Origin: Solirubrobacterales bacterium
Lineage (GTDB): Bacteria > Actinomycetota > Thermoleophilia > Solirubrobacterales > 70-9
DNA length: 64,000 nt
NCBI GenBank assembly: GCA_036276735.1
Contig: DASUOH010000031.1
Span: 2,694 to 66,693 of the forward strand
Direction of reading: 5' to 3'
Below, one piece after another: positions 56,901 through 64,000 of the stretch. Made by a program: the position numbers and the translations under genes. Numbering within the stretch: the stretch's first letter is position 1; each line of letters begins with the position of its first letter. A model generated the notes under the pieces. That model was not told the origin of the DNA. It made no database searches and was given only the letters and a program-made list of their open reading frames with translations.

Positions 56901-58052
56901 ATGCCGCTTCCCACGCAAGATCAGGTCACCGAGAAGCTGCGGGGCGTAATCGACCCCGAGCTGCGCCGCTCGATCGTCGAGCTGGGCATGGTGCGCTCGA
57001 TCGAGATCAAGGACGACGGCCGCGTCGACGTGGTCGTCTCGCTGACCACGGCGGGCTGCCCGATCCGCGCCCACTTCGAAGGGGCGGTGCGCCAGTGCGT
57101 CGGCGAGCTGGAGGGAGTGACCGCGGTCGCGGTCGGCTTCGACGTCCTCTCCGAGGAGGAGAAAGGCAGCCTCCAGAAAGCGCTCGGGCGCGGCAAGCTG
57201 CCGGCCGGGGCGCTGGCCCAGGTCAAAAACGTCGTCTGCATCGCATCCGGCAAGGGGGGCGTCGGCAAGTCGACGATGACCGCCAACCTGGCGGCGGCCC
57301 TGGCCGCCGAAGGCCACCCGACCGGCGCCCTCGACTGCGACGTCTACGGGTACTCGATCCCGCGCATGCTCGGGGTCAACCGCAAACCCGACGTCAACGC
57401 CGAGCGCAAGATCCTGCCGCTGGAAGCGGCCGGCGGCGTCAAGGTGATGTCGATCGGCTTCTTCGTCGAGGAGAACTCAGCGGTCGTTTGGCGCGGCGCG
57501 ATGCTGCACAAGGCGATTCAGCAGTTCCTCGAGGACGTCGCCTGGGGGGAGCTCGAGTACCTGCTGCTTGATTTGCCGCCCGGGACCGGCGACGTCTCGA
57601 TGACGCTCTCCCAGCTCCTGCCGCAGGCGAAGTTCGTGCTGGTGACGACGCCCCAGCCAGCCGCCCAAACGGTGGCCAAGCGCGCCGCCGACATGGCGCG
57701 CAAACTGGACCTCGAGCTGCTCGGCACGATCGAGAACATGTCCGGCTTCACGACGCCGGACGGCGAGCGCTTCACGATCTTCGGCGAGGGCGGCGGCCAG
57801 CTCTTGGCCGATGAGCTCGACGTGCCCCTGCTCGGCAAGGTGCCGCTCTCCGAGCCCCTGCGTGAGCACGCCGACGCGGGAACGCCGCTCGTCACCGCGC
57901 ATCCAGACTCCCCGGCCTCGCAGGCGATCCGCCAGGCCGCTCGCGGCATCGTCGCCGCCACTCCGCAGGAGCTGCCGGTGCTGCAGGCGGCCCCGGCGGC
58001 CGCCGAGCCGCCTCCCGTCAGCGGCACGCCGCTGCCGGTCGTACAGGGCTAG
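56901..58052 (+). CDS. mrp: Mrp/NBP35 (ApbC) family Fe-S cluster carrier ATPase
   Basis: ATG 56901; N-terminal DUF59-like VIDPEL..SIVELGMV; SGKGGVGKST P-loop. Confidence 0.9.
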   Translation: MPLPTQDQVTEKLRGVIDPELRRSIVELGMVRSIEIKDDGRVDVVVSLTTAGCPIRAHFEGAVRQCVGELEGVTAVAVGFDVLSEEEKGSLQKALGRGKLPAGALAQVKNVVCIASGKGGVGKSTMTANLAAALAAEGHPTGALDCDVYGYSIPRMLGVNRKPDVNAERKILPLEAAGGVKVMSIGFFVEENSAVVWRGAMLHKAIQQFLEDVAWGELEYLLLDLPPGTGDVSMTLSQLLPQAKFVLVTTPQPAAQTVAKRAADMARKLDLELLGTIENMSGFTTPDGERFTIFGEGGGQLLADELDVPLLGKVPLSEPLREHADAGTPLVTAHPDSPASQAIRQAARGIVAATPQELPVLQAAPAAAEPPPVSGTPLPVVQG

Positions 58053-58110
58053 CGCAAACCGTGCTCTTGCTCCTGCGTCAATTCGGTCCGATCCCGTTCG
58101 ATGACCGTTT

Positions 58111-58127
58111 GTAAGATGCTATCTTAC
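58111..58127 (+). promoter_or_regulatory. palindromic operator candidate upstream of vapB
   Basis: GTAAGAT-GCT-ATCTTAC ends 4 nt before the vapB ATG. Confidence 0.4.
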
Positions 58128-58131
58128 CGTC

Positions 58132-58362
58132 ATGAGAACGACCGTATCCACCAAGGGCCAGATCGTGCTCCCGGTCGAGCTTCGCCAGCGTGACGGCATC
58201 GCACCTGGGCAGGAGTTCGAGGTCGAGCGCCTCGATGCGGATGAGTACCGATTGCGCCGGGTAGCGCCATCGCCCAACGAAGGCTTGGTGGACTGGCTCC
58301 TCGCCTGCCCGCAAAAGGGCTACTTCGTCGCGATCGACTCCGAGTCGACCGAGACCCTTTGA
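58132..58362 (+). CDS. vapB: AbrB/SpoVT-family antitoxin
   Basis: 76 aa; MRTTVSTKGQIVLPVELRQ. Confidence 0.8.
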   Translation: MRTTVSTKGQIVLPVELRQRDGIAPGQEFEVERLDADEYRLRRVAPSPNEGLVDWLLACPQKGYFVAIDSESTETL

Positions 58363-58778
58363 AGCACCTCGTCGACGCCAACGTCCTCTCGGAGGCGACC
58401 AAGTCCGATCCCAACCCTCGAGTCGTCGAGTGGCTGCGCCGAAACGAGCGCTCGATCGTCGTCGATCCGATCGTCCTCGGCGAGGTTCGCTTCGGCATCC
58501 TGCTCCTCGCGCGTGGCGCTCGGCGCAGCGAGCTGGAGCGGTGGTTCGAGCAGGGAGTCGGCCGGATCCAATGCCTTCCCTGGGATTCGGCCGTCGGGAT
58601 CCGCTGGGCTCAGCTGTTGGCGGACCTGCGACGCCGCGGCCGGCCGATGTCGATCAAAGACAGCCTGATCGCCGCCACCGCCCTCGCGCACGATCTGGCG
58701 CTCGTCACGCTGAACCAGCGTGACTTCAAACCAGCACGGCTGAGACTCGTCGATCCGTCAGCCCGACCACCACGGTGA
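58359..58778 (+). CDS. vapC: PIN-domain ribonuclease toxin
   Basis: 139 aa; LVDANVL (first acidic residue), later conserved D/E positions; 4-nt overlap with vapB. Confidence 0.85.
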   Translation: MKHLVDANVLSEATKSDPNPRVVEWLRRNERSIVVDPIVLGEVRFGILLLARGARRSELERWFEQGVGRIQCLPWDSAVGIRWAQLLADLRRRGRPMSIKDSLIAATALAHDLALVTLNQRDFKPARLRLVDPSARPPR

Positions 58779-58886
58779 CCACGCCACTAGCCCCGCGTGA
58801 AGCGAGGCGCAACACAACAGCTCTCAGGCGGCCGATTTGCTCTTGCATCAATTGTTCGGTCCGATCCGGATAGGGGGCGGCGTCGG

Positions 58887-59252
58887 TTAGCTGTTGAGTC
58901 GGCGATGCGCGATCTCGTAGACGCTCGGCTTCCACGGGCGCGCCGGGTGGCGCTCACCTACCGCGACCAAGACGAGAGCCGGCTTCGTGGCCTCCTCGTC
59001 GCCGGATAGGACCGCTCCCCACTGGCCAGCGGGTTGAGGGATGTAGAGCTTCACGCAGCCCTTGAGACGTGTTCCATCCTGACCTTCCTCTTCGCAACGT
59101 CGAAGCCACTCGCGCGGGATACCCTCGTCGCGCAGCGTCGCCACCATCGGCTCGATTGTTGCTCGCGCGGCCGGTGTGCAGCGGGCAAGGTCCTCCGCAA
59201 GCACCTCATCGACCACCCGGACTTCGAAGCGCGGACCCGCACCCGCGCTCAC
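58887..59252 (-). CDS. hypothetical protein, possible RelE/ParE-fold toxin
   Basis: 121 aa; LKGCVKLYIP...LVLVAVGERH...SVYEIA loosely resembles RelE/ParE C-termini; preceded by a small acidic ORF. Confidence 0.4.
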   Translation of the reverse strand: MSAGAGPRFEVRVVDEVLAEDLARCTPAARATIEPMVATLRDEGIPREWLRRCEEEGQDGTRLKGCVKLYIPQPAGQWGAVLSGDEEATKPALVLVAVGERHPARPWKPSVYEIAHRRLNS

Positions 59253-59258
59253 AACTGC

Positions 59259-59459
59259 CTATCCCTCGCCGTCGGTGGGCAGCGATCCGAAGTGCCGGTC
59301 GAATTCCTCCGAACTCATCGGCGAAGTCCCGGTCCGCTTGCGAATCTCCTCGATGGAGGTCGCCTTGGAGGGCCAGTCCGGCGCAAAGATCAGCTTCACC
59401 TCCGCCGCTTCCTCCTCGGTCATCGAATCGATCTGCTCATGCAAGTCAGCCTTGGTCAT
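59259..59459 (-). CDS. small acidic protein, possible antitoxin
   Basis: 66 aa from ATG 59459; 6-nt gap to the downstream ORF; no fold recognised. Confidence 0.35.
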   Translation of the reverse strand: MTKADLHEQIDSMTEEEAAEVKLIFAPDWPSKATSIEEIRKRTGTSPMSSEEFDRHFGSLPTDGEG

Positions 59460-59543
59460 GGGCAAATCGTAGCGGCCGTCAAGGCAGCACTTTCGATGCA
59501 GCGCCACCAGATACGGGAATCGGCGGCCTCGCCTTCCCCGCCC

Positions 59544-59816
59544 TCAGGCTGCTGATTTGCTCTTGTAGTACTCGGCGTTGATCTCGGCGTATTTGGCCCA
59601 CTCGGCCGGGAGCTGGTCCTCGGCGAAGCAGGCGTCGACCGGGCACGCCTCGACGCAGGCATCGCAGTCGATGCACTCGTCGGGATCGATGTAGAGCATC
59701 TCGACCGAGTCGTAGTCGGGCTCGTCCGGGGTCGGATGGATGCAGTCGACCGGGCAGACCTCGACGCATGAGTTGTCCTTCTGACCGATGCACGGCTCGG
59801 CGATGACGTAGGTCAT
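59544..59816 (-). CDS. fdxA: 7Fe-type ferredoxin
   Basis: 90 aa; CIGQKDNSCVEVCPVDC and CIDCDACVEACP cluster motifs. Confidence 0.9.
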   Translation of the reverse strand: MTYVIAEPCIGQKDNSCVEVCPVDCIHPTPDEPDYDSVEMLYIDPDECIDCDACVEACPVDACFAEDQLPAEWAKYAEINAEYYKSKSAA

Positions 59817-59901
59817 TCGATGCTTTCTCCTAAGTCGCTTGTCGGTGCCAGGCGGGACCGTCCCTGCCGGCGCGAGTCAGCATTTTAGGCATGATGCACC
59901 G

Positions 59902-60786
59902 ATGCTGCTGCTGACGGGGGCGACTGGAAGCATCGGCTCACGACTGCTGCCGCTGCTGCTGGAGCGCGGTGAGGAGGTGCGTTGCCTGGTCCGTGAGCCG
60001 CGCCGGCTCGGCGCGCGGCGGGTCGACGTGCAGATCGCGCTCGGTGACCTCGGCGAGATGTCGGACCCCTACCTGGTGCGGCAAGCGCTGCGCGGCGTCG
60101 ACACCGTGGTCCACCTGGCGGCGACGATCCGCGACCAGCCGCCGCGCCGGATCGAGGAGCTGAACGGGCTGGCGACCGTGCGGCTGCTGCGGGCCGCCGA
60201 GCGAAGCGGAGTCCGCCGCTTCGTCTTCTTCAGCGCGCTCGAGGCTGGGGCGGCGCAGCGCACTCGCTTCTTCCGGGCAAAGTGGCTGGCCGAGGAGGCG
60301 GTTCGCTCATCGCCGCTGCAGACGATGGTCTTCGCCCCCTCGATCGTCTACGACCGCAGCGACCCCTGGGTGACGCTCTTGCGCCGCTTCTCGTTCCTGC
60401 CGGTGCTGCCCGTCTCTGGACAGGGCCAGGCCCGCTTCCAGCCGATCTGGGCGCAGGACGTGGCCCGCTGTGTCACCAACGGGCTGGCGATGGAGGCGCC
60501 GCGCGACCGCTACGAGCTTGCCGGCCCCGAGACGCTCACCTACGACGACATGTCGGAACTGGTCAGCGACGTCGCCGGCCGGCCGCGGCCGCTCGTCCAC
60601 GTCCCGCTGCCGGTCGTCCGCGCCGGTCTCATCGCCCTCCGCTCCGTCTTCGGCGAAGCCGTGTTCGCTACCTGGGAGGAGGCCGAGCTGATGGAGGTGG
60701 GCATGAGAAGCGAGCGTGGCACGCGGGACGCCGAGGCACTCGGAGTCGAGCCGAGGAGGATGGGCGATGTGCTGGCGGAGGCTTAG
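59902..60786 (+). CDS. NAD(P)-binding Rossmann protein (NmrA/NDUFA9-like epimerase family)
   Basis: ATG 59902; LLLTGATGSIGSRL glycine-rich loop. Confidence 0.8.
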   Translation: MLLLTGATGSIGSRLLPLLLERGEEVRCLVREPRRLGARRVDVQIALGDLGEMSDPYLVRQALRGVDTVVHLAATIRDQPPRRIEELNGLATVRLLRAAERSGVRRFVFFSALEAGAAQRTRFFRAKWLAEEAVRSSPLQTMVFAPSIVYDRSDPWVTLLRRFSFLPVLPVSGQGQARFQPIWAQDVARCVTNGLAMEAPRDRYELAGPETLTYDDMSELVSDVAGRPRPLVHVPLPVVRAGLIALRSVFGEAVFATWEEAELMEVGMRSERGTRDAEALGVEPRRMGDVLAEA

Positions 60787-61855
60787 CGCGGCACTGGCGG
60801 TGACGCTGGGCGTCGCCGCCCTCGCCGTCCAACAGGCCCCCGCGCTGACCCTCGCCCCGCCCAAGGGCAACGTCTTCTTCGGCGTCAGCGACCGTGGCAG
60901 CGCCGAGGAGTTCAACGAGTTCGTCGAAGTGGTCGGCAAGCACCCGGCGGTCCTGCAGACCTTCCACCCCTGGGGCAACAGCCTCAACCAGGCCTACGAA
61001 CGGTGGCGCGAAACGGCGACCCGGCCGATCCTCCACATCTCGACGATCGACGACCAGAACCTGGCCGAGCTGATCACGCCACAGCAGATCGCGCTTGGAG
61101 GTGGCGACGACTACCTGCTGCAGCTCAACGACTTCTTCGCCAAACGCGGCTTGCCGGCCTACATCCGCCCGCTCGGCGAGCCGAACCGCTGCCTGAACGC
61201 CTGGTCGGCGGTCACCTGCGAGGGCGTCCAGAGAGGCGGCGAACACACCACCGGCTGGTACAAGCAGGCCTTCCGGCGCATCTCGACGATCGTCCGCGGC
61301 GGCGGCTCGCTCGAACAGATCGACGCGACGCTGGCGGAAATAGGGTTGCCTCCCGTCAGGCGGAGCAAAGGTCCGCCGCCGACCAGCCTTCCCAGCGCGC
61401 CGGTCAGCATCGTCTGGGCGCCGCTGCCGGCCGGCTCGCCGCGCGTGCGTGGCAACTTCCCCGGCAACTACTGGCCGGGCGGCCGTTGGATCGACTGGGT
61501 CGGCACCGACTTCTACTCCCAGTATCCGCACTGGCGCGACCTCAACCGCTTCTATCGCGGCAGACACTGGCGCCGCAAGCCGTTCACGATCGCCGAGTGG
61601 GCGGTGGCGGGCGAGGACGACCCGCGCTTCGTCAAGCAGCTCGTCGCCTGGGCGGTGAAACGGCCCCGGGTGCGGATGTTCGTCTACTACCGCGGCTTCG
61701 GCGACACCGACAACCCCTACCAGCTCGGCCTCTACCCGCGGACGACGAACACGCTGCGGCTCAAGGTCCGCCGGCCCACCTTCCTCGAGTACGCCGACTA
61801 CAACGCCAGCCTCTTCCCGCCGCTGCCGCCGCCGCCCCCCAAAGCCAAAAAATAG
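60767..61855 (+). CDS. secreted glycoside-hydrolase-like protein (GH26-like motifs), paralog of 20976..22040
   Basis: ATG 60767; signal peptide; YIRPLGEPNRCLN, WIDWVGTDFYS, FTIAEWAV, DDPRFV, MFVYYRGFGD blocks shared with the paralog; Pro/Lys-rich C-terminus. Confidence 0.7.
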   Translation: MCWRRLSAALAVTLGVAALAVQQAPALTLAPPKGNVFFGVSDRGSAEEFNEFVEVVGKHPAVLQTFHPWGNSLNQAYERWRETATRPILHISTIDDQNLAELITPQQIALGGGDDYLLQLNDFFAKRGLPAYIRPLGEPNRCLNAWSAVTCEGVQRGGEHTTGWYKQAFRRISTIVRGGGSLEQIDATLAEIGLPPVRRSKGPPPTSLPSAPVSIVWAPLPAGSPRVRGNFPGNYWPGGRWIDWVGTDFYSQYPHWRDLNRFYRGRHWRRKPFTIAEWAVAGEDDPRFVKQLVAWAVKRPRVRMFVYYRGFGDTDNPYQLGLYPRTTNTLRLKVRRPTFLEYADYNASLFPPLPPPPPKAKK

Positions 61856-61859
61856 GGCC

Positions 61860-62037
61860 GACGCAGCGACCTGTCCCGGGAGATCCGGGGTGTGCGGCTG
61901 GCGAGCGCCGGACCAATCAGGGCAAGAACGCAGGAAGCCCGAATAGCAGAGCTATTCGGGCTTCTGAGGACGCCGCCCTGAGCCGGTCCGCCGCCGCCAG
62001 GCGTGCGCACCGGGATTCCGGGCCAGGTCGCTGCGTC
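61860..62037. repeat. intergenic long inverted repeat enclosing a perfect hairpin
   Basis: Outer 14-bp arms GACGCAGCGACCTG (61860-61873) / CAGGTCGCTGCGTC (62024-62037) span almost the whole convergent spacer. Confidence 0.7.
61934..61964. terminator. perfect 14-bp stem hairpin (candidate bidirectional terminator)
   Basis: GAAGCCCGAATAGC-AGA-GCTATTCGGGCTTC between convergent genes; no U-tract on either strand. Confidence 0.6.
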
Positions 62038-62038
62038 G

Positions 62039-63676
62039 TTACATCATGCCGCCCATGTCGGGCATACCGCCGCCGCCCGGCATGCCGGCCGCTTCTTTCT
62101 CCGGCGGTTCGGCGACGATGGCCTCGGTGACGAGGATGTTCTTCGCGATCGAGGCCGCGTTCTGCAGCGCCGACCGGGTGACCATGGTCGGGTCGATGAC
62201 TCCCGCCTTGATCAGGTCGCCGTACTCGCCGTTGGCCGCGTTGAGCCCTTCGCCCGGCTTCAGGGCGCGGATCTCGTTGACCACGACCGAGCCCTCGAGG
62301 CCCGAGTTCTCGGCGATCTGGCGGATCGGCTCCTCCAGCGAACGGTGCACGATGCGCGCCCCGGTCGCCTCGTCTGGATCATCCAGGGAGGTGGGATCGA
62401 GGTCGCTCTGCGCGTTCAGCAGCGCGACGCCGCCGCCCGGCACGACGCCCTCCTCGAGGGCCGCCCGGGTTGCCTGCAGGGCGTCCTCGACGCGGTGCTT
62501 TTTCTCCTTCATCTCGGTCTCGGTGGCGGCGCCGACCTTGACCACGGCGACCCCGCCGGCCAGCTTGGCGAGCCGCTCCTGGAGCTTCTCGCGATCGAAG
62601 TCGGAGTCGGTGTTCTCGATCTCCTGCTTGATCTGGTTGATCCGGCCCTTGATGTCGTCGCCCTCGCCGGCTCCGTCGATGATCGTCGTCGTGTCCTTGG
62701 AGACGACCACGCGGCGGGCCCGGCCGAGCTGGTTGAGCTGGGTGTTCTCGAGTTTGAGACTCATCTCCTCGGTGATCACCTCGCCACCGGTGAGGATCGA
62801 GATGTCCTCGAGCATCCGCTTGCGGCGATCGCCGAAGCCGGGTGCTTTGACCGCGACGCCGGTGAAGGTGCCGCGCAGCTTGTTGACCACCAGGGTCGCG
62901 AGGCACTCGCCCTCGACGTCCTCGGCGACGATCAGCAGCGGCTTGCCGCCCTGCATCACCTGCTCGAGCACCGGCAGGATGTCCCGCACCGAGCCGATTT
63001 TCTGGTTGGCGATGAGGATGAACGGCTCCTCCAGCACCGCCTCCATGCGGTCCTGGTCGGTGACCATGTACGGGGAGATGTAGCCCTTGTCGAACTGCAT
63101 CCCCTCGGTGAACTCCAGCTCCATGCCGAAGGTCTGGCCCTCCTCGACGTTGACCACGCCGTCTTTGCCGACCTTCTCGATCGCGTCGGCGATCACGTTG
63201 CCGATCTCGTCGTCGGCGGCCGAGATAGCGGCGACGCGGGCGATCTGGTCCTTGCCGGCGACCTCTTTGGACTGCTTGCCGCGAAGGTTGTCGACGACCT
63301 CGTCGACCGCCTTCTCGATGCCACGGCGCAGGGCCAGCGGGTTGGCGCCGGCGGCCACGTTCTTCAGCCCCTGGCGGACGATGATCTGGGCCAGCAGGGT
63401 CGCGGTGGTGGTGCCGTCACCGGCGACGTCGTTGGTCGCGGTGGCGACCTCGCGAACCAGCTGGGCGCCCTGGTTCTCGAAGACGTCCTCGACCTCGATC
63501 TCTCGAGCGATCGTGACGCCGTCGTTGGTGATGGTGGGAGCGCCGAACTTCTTGTCGAGAACGACGTAGCGCCCCTTGGGGCCGAGGGTCACCTTGACCG
63601 CATCGGCAACGCCGTCGACTCCGGCCTGCAGGGCAGCCCGTGCCTCGGCGTCGTACTTCAGTTCCTTGTGAGCCAT
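62039..63676 (-). CDS. groEL: chaperonin GroEL
   Basis: 545 aa; [12 protein letters not shown]-type core and C-terminal [10 protein letters not shown] tail. Confidence 0.97.
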   Translation of the reverse strand: MAHKELKYDAEARAALQAGVDGVADAVKVTLGPKGRYVVLDKKFGAPTITNDGVTIAREIEVEDVFENQGAQLVREVATATNDVAGDGTTTATLLAQIIVRQGLKNVAAGANPLALRRGIEKAVDEVVDNLRGKQSKEVAGKDQIARVAAISAADDEIGNVIADAIEKVGKDGVVNVEEGQTFGMELEFTEGMQFDKGYISPYMVTDQDRMEAVLEEPFILIANQKIGSVRDILPVLEQVMQGGKPLLIVAEDVEGECLATLVVNKLRGTFTGVAVKAPGFGDRRKRMLEDISILTGGEVITEEMSLKLENTQLNQLGRARRVVVSKDTTTIIDGAGEGDDIKGRINQIKQEIENTDSDFDREKLQERLAKLAGGVAVVKVGAATETEMKEKKHRVEDALQATRAALEEGVVPGGGVALLNAQSDLDPTSLDDPDEATGARIVHRSLEEPIRQIAENSGLEGSVVVNEIRALKPGEGLNAANGEYGDLIKAGVIDPTMVTRSALQNAASIAKNILVTEAIVAEPPEKEAAGMPGGGGMPDMGGMM

Positions 63677-63707
63677 GGTTCAGCTTCTCCTTCGTGTGGG
63701 GGCCGTC

Positions 63708-63998
63708 TTAGACGACCTTGGCGAGGACGTCGGACTCGCGCAGGACGAGCAGATCGTCGCCCTCGACCTTGACCTCGGTGCCGCCGTACTTCGAGTACAG
63801 GACCTCGTCGCCCTCGGCGACGTCGAGGGGGATTCGCTTCTCGCCGTCCTCGTCCCAGTTGCCCTCGCCAACCGCGACGACCTTGCCCTTCTGGGGCTTC
63901 TCCTTGGCGGTGTCGGGAAGGACGATGCCGCTCGCGGTCGTCTCCTCCTCCTCGATCGCCTGGACGATCAGCCTGTCGCCAAGCGGCTTCAGGTTCAT
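63708..63998 (-). CDS. groES: co-chaperonin GroES
   Basis: 96 aa; [12 protein letters not shown]...[21 protein letters not shown]. Confidence 0.95.
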   Translation of the reverse strand: MNLKPLGDRLIVQAIEEEETTASGIVLPDTAKEKPQKGKVVAVGEGNWDEDGEKRIPLDVAEGDEVLYSKYGGTEVKVEGDDLLVLRESDVLAKVV

Positions 63999-64000
63999 CT

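Noticed and set aside
54467-57571. 1034-aa plus-strand ORF
   Set aside because: It is antisense to the 761-aa secreted protein and out of frame with mrp. The minus-strand gene has an RBS and a signal peptide; this ORF has neither those nor any recognisable domain.
58726-58935. 69-aa minus-strand ORF between vapC and the second toxin-like gene
   Set aside because: It spans the relic copy of the fdxA 3' end in a different frame and overlaps the end of 58887..59252. There is no RBS or recognisable fold, so it is likely non-coding relic sequence.
62003-63772. 589-aa plus-strand ORF
   Set aside because: It is a shadow ORF, exactly antisense to groEL.

Overview
High-GC (spot counts about 68-75% G+C) Actinomycetota-like chromosomal segment, densely coded on both strands. 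The core includes a pentose-phosphate cluster (rpiA, pgl, gnd, zwf) and a co-directional string of Ser/Thr kinase, pgi, cydAB and a HAD hydrolase. Other core genes are a desaturase/cfa pair, a liv-type ABC transporter, pyk, a P450, mrp, fdxA and groES-groEL. There are three tRNAs: Arg-ACG, Ser-GCT and Ser-TGA. The main accessory region is a roughly 9 kb composite integrative island at the 3' end of tRNA-Arg(ACG), about 34.09-43.33 kb. It is bounded and subdivided by copies of the tRNA 3' end. It carries a frameshifted tyrosine integrase, an excisionase, a divergent XRE switch, two or three toxin-antitoxin-like pairs and an integrase remnant. Its cargo is a clearly lower-GC two-gene cassette (37510-40139): an AlbA_2/Schlafen-like protein plus a PD-(D/E)xK-like protein. 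This cassette is my best candidate for an uncharacterised defence-type system. Other notable observations: recQ runs in frame, with no stop codon, into a signal-peptide-bearing glycosidase-like gene that has a stand-alone paralog 40 kb away. A flavin reductase is frameshifted. A degenerate GAF-GGDEF gene is translationally coupled to an MshEN-domain protein containing a proline-rich tandem repeat. A second nucleotidyltransferase pair sits inside the pentose-phosphate cluster. Two TA cassettes are flanked by direct repeats that include a copy of the fdxA 3' end. Two convergent intergenic regions are built as nested long inverted repeats. All functional calls come from motif and family recognition by eye; no database search was run. 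Many long ORFs in the supplied track are antisense or out-of-frame artefacts of the high GC content and were rejected.
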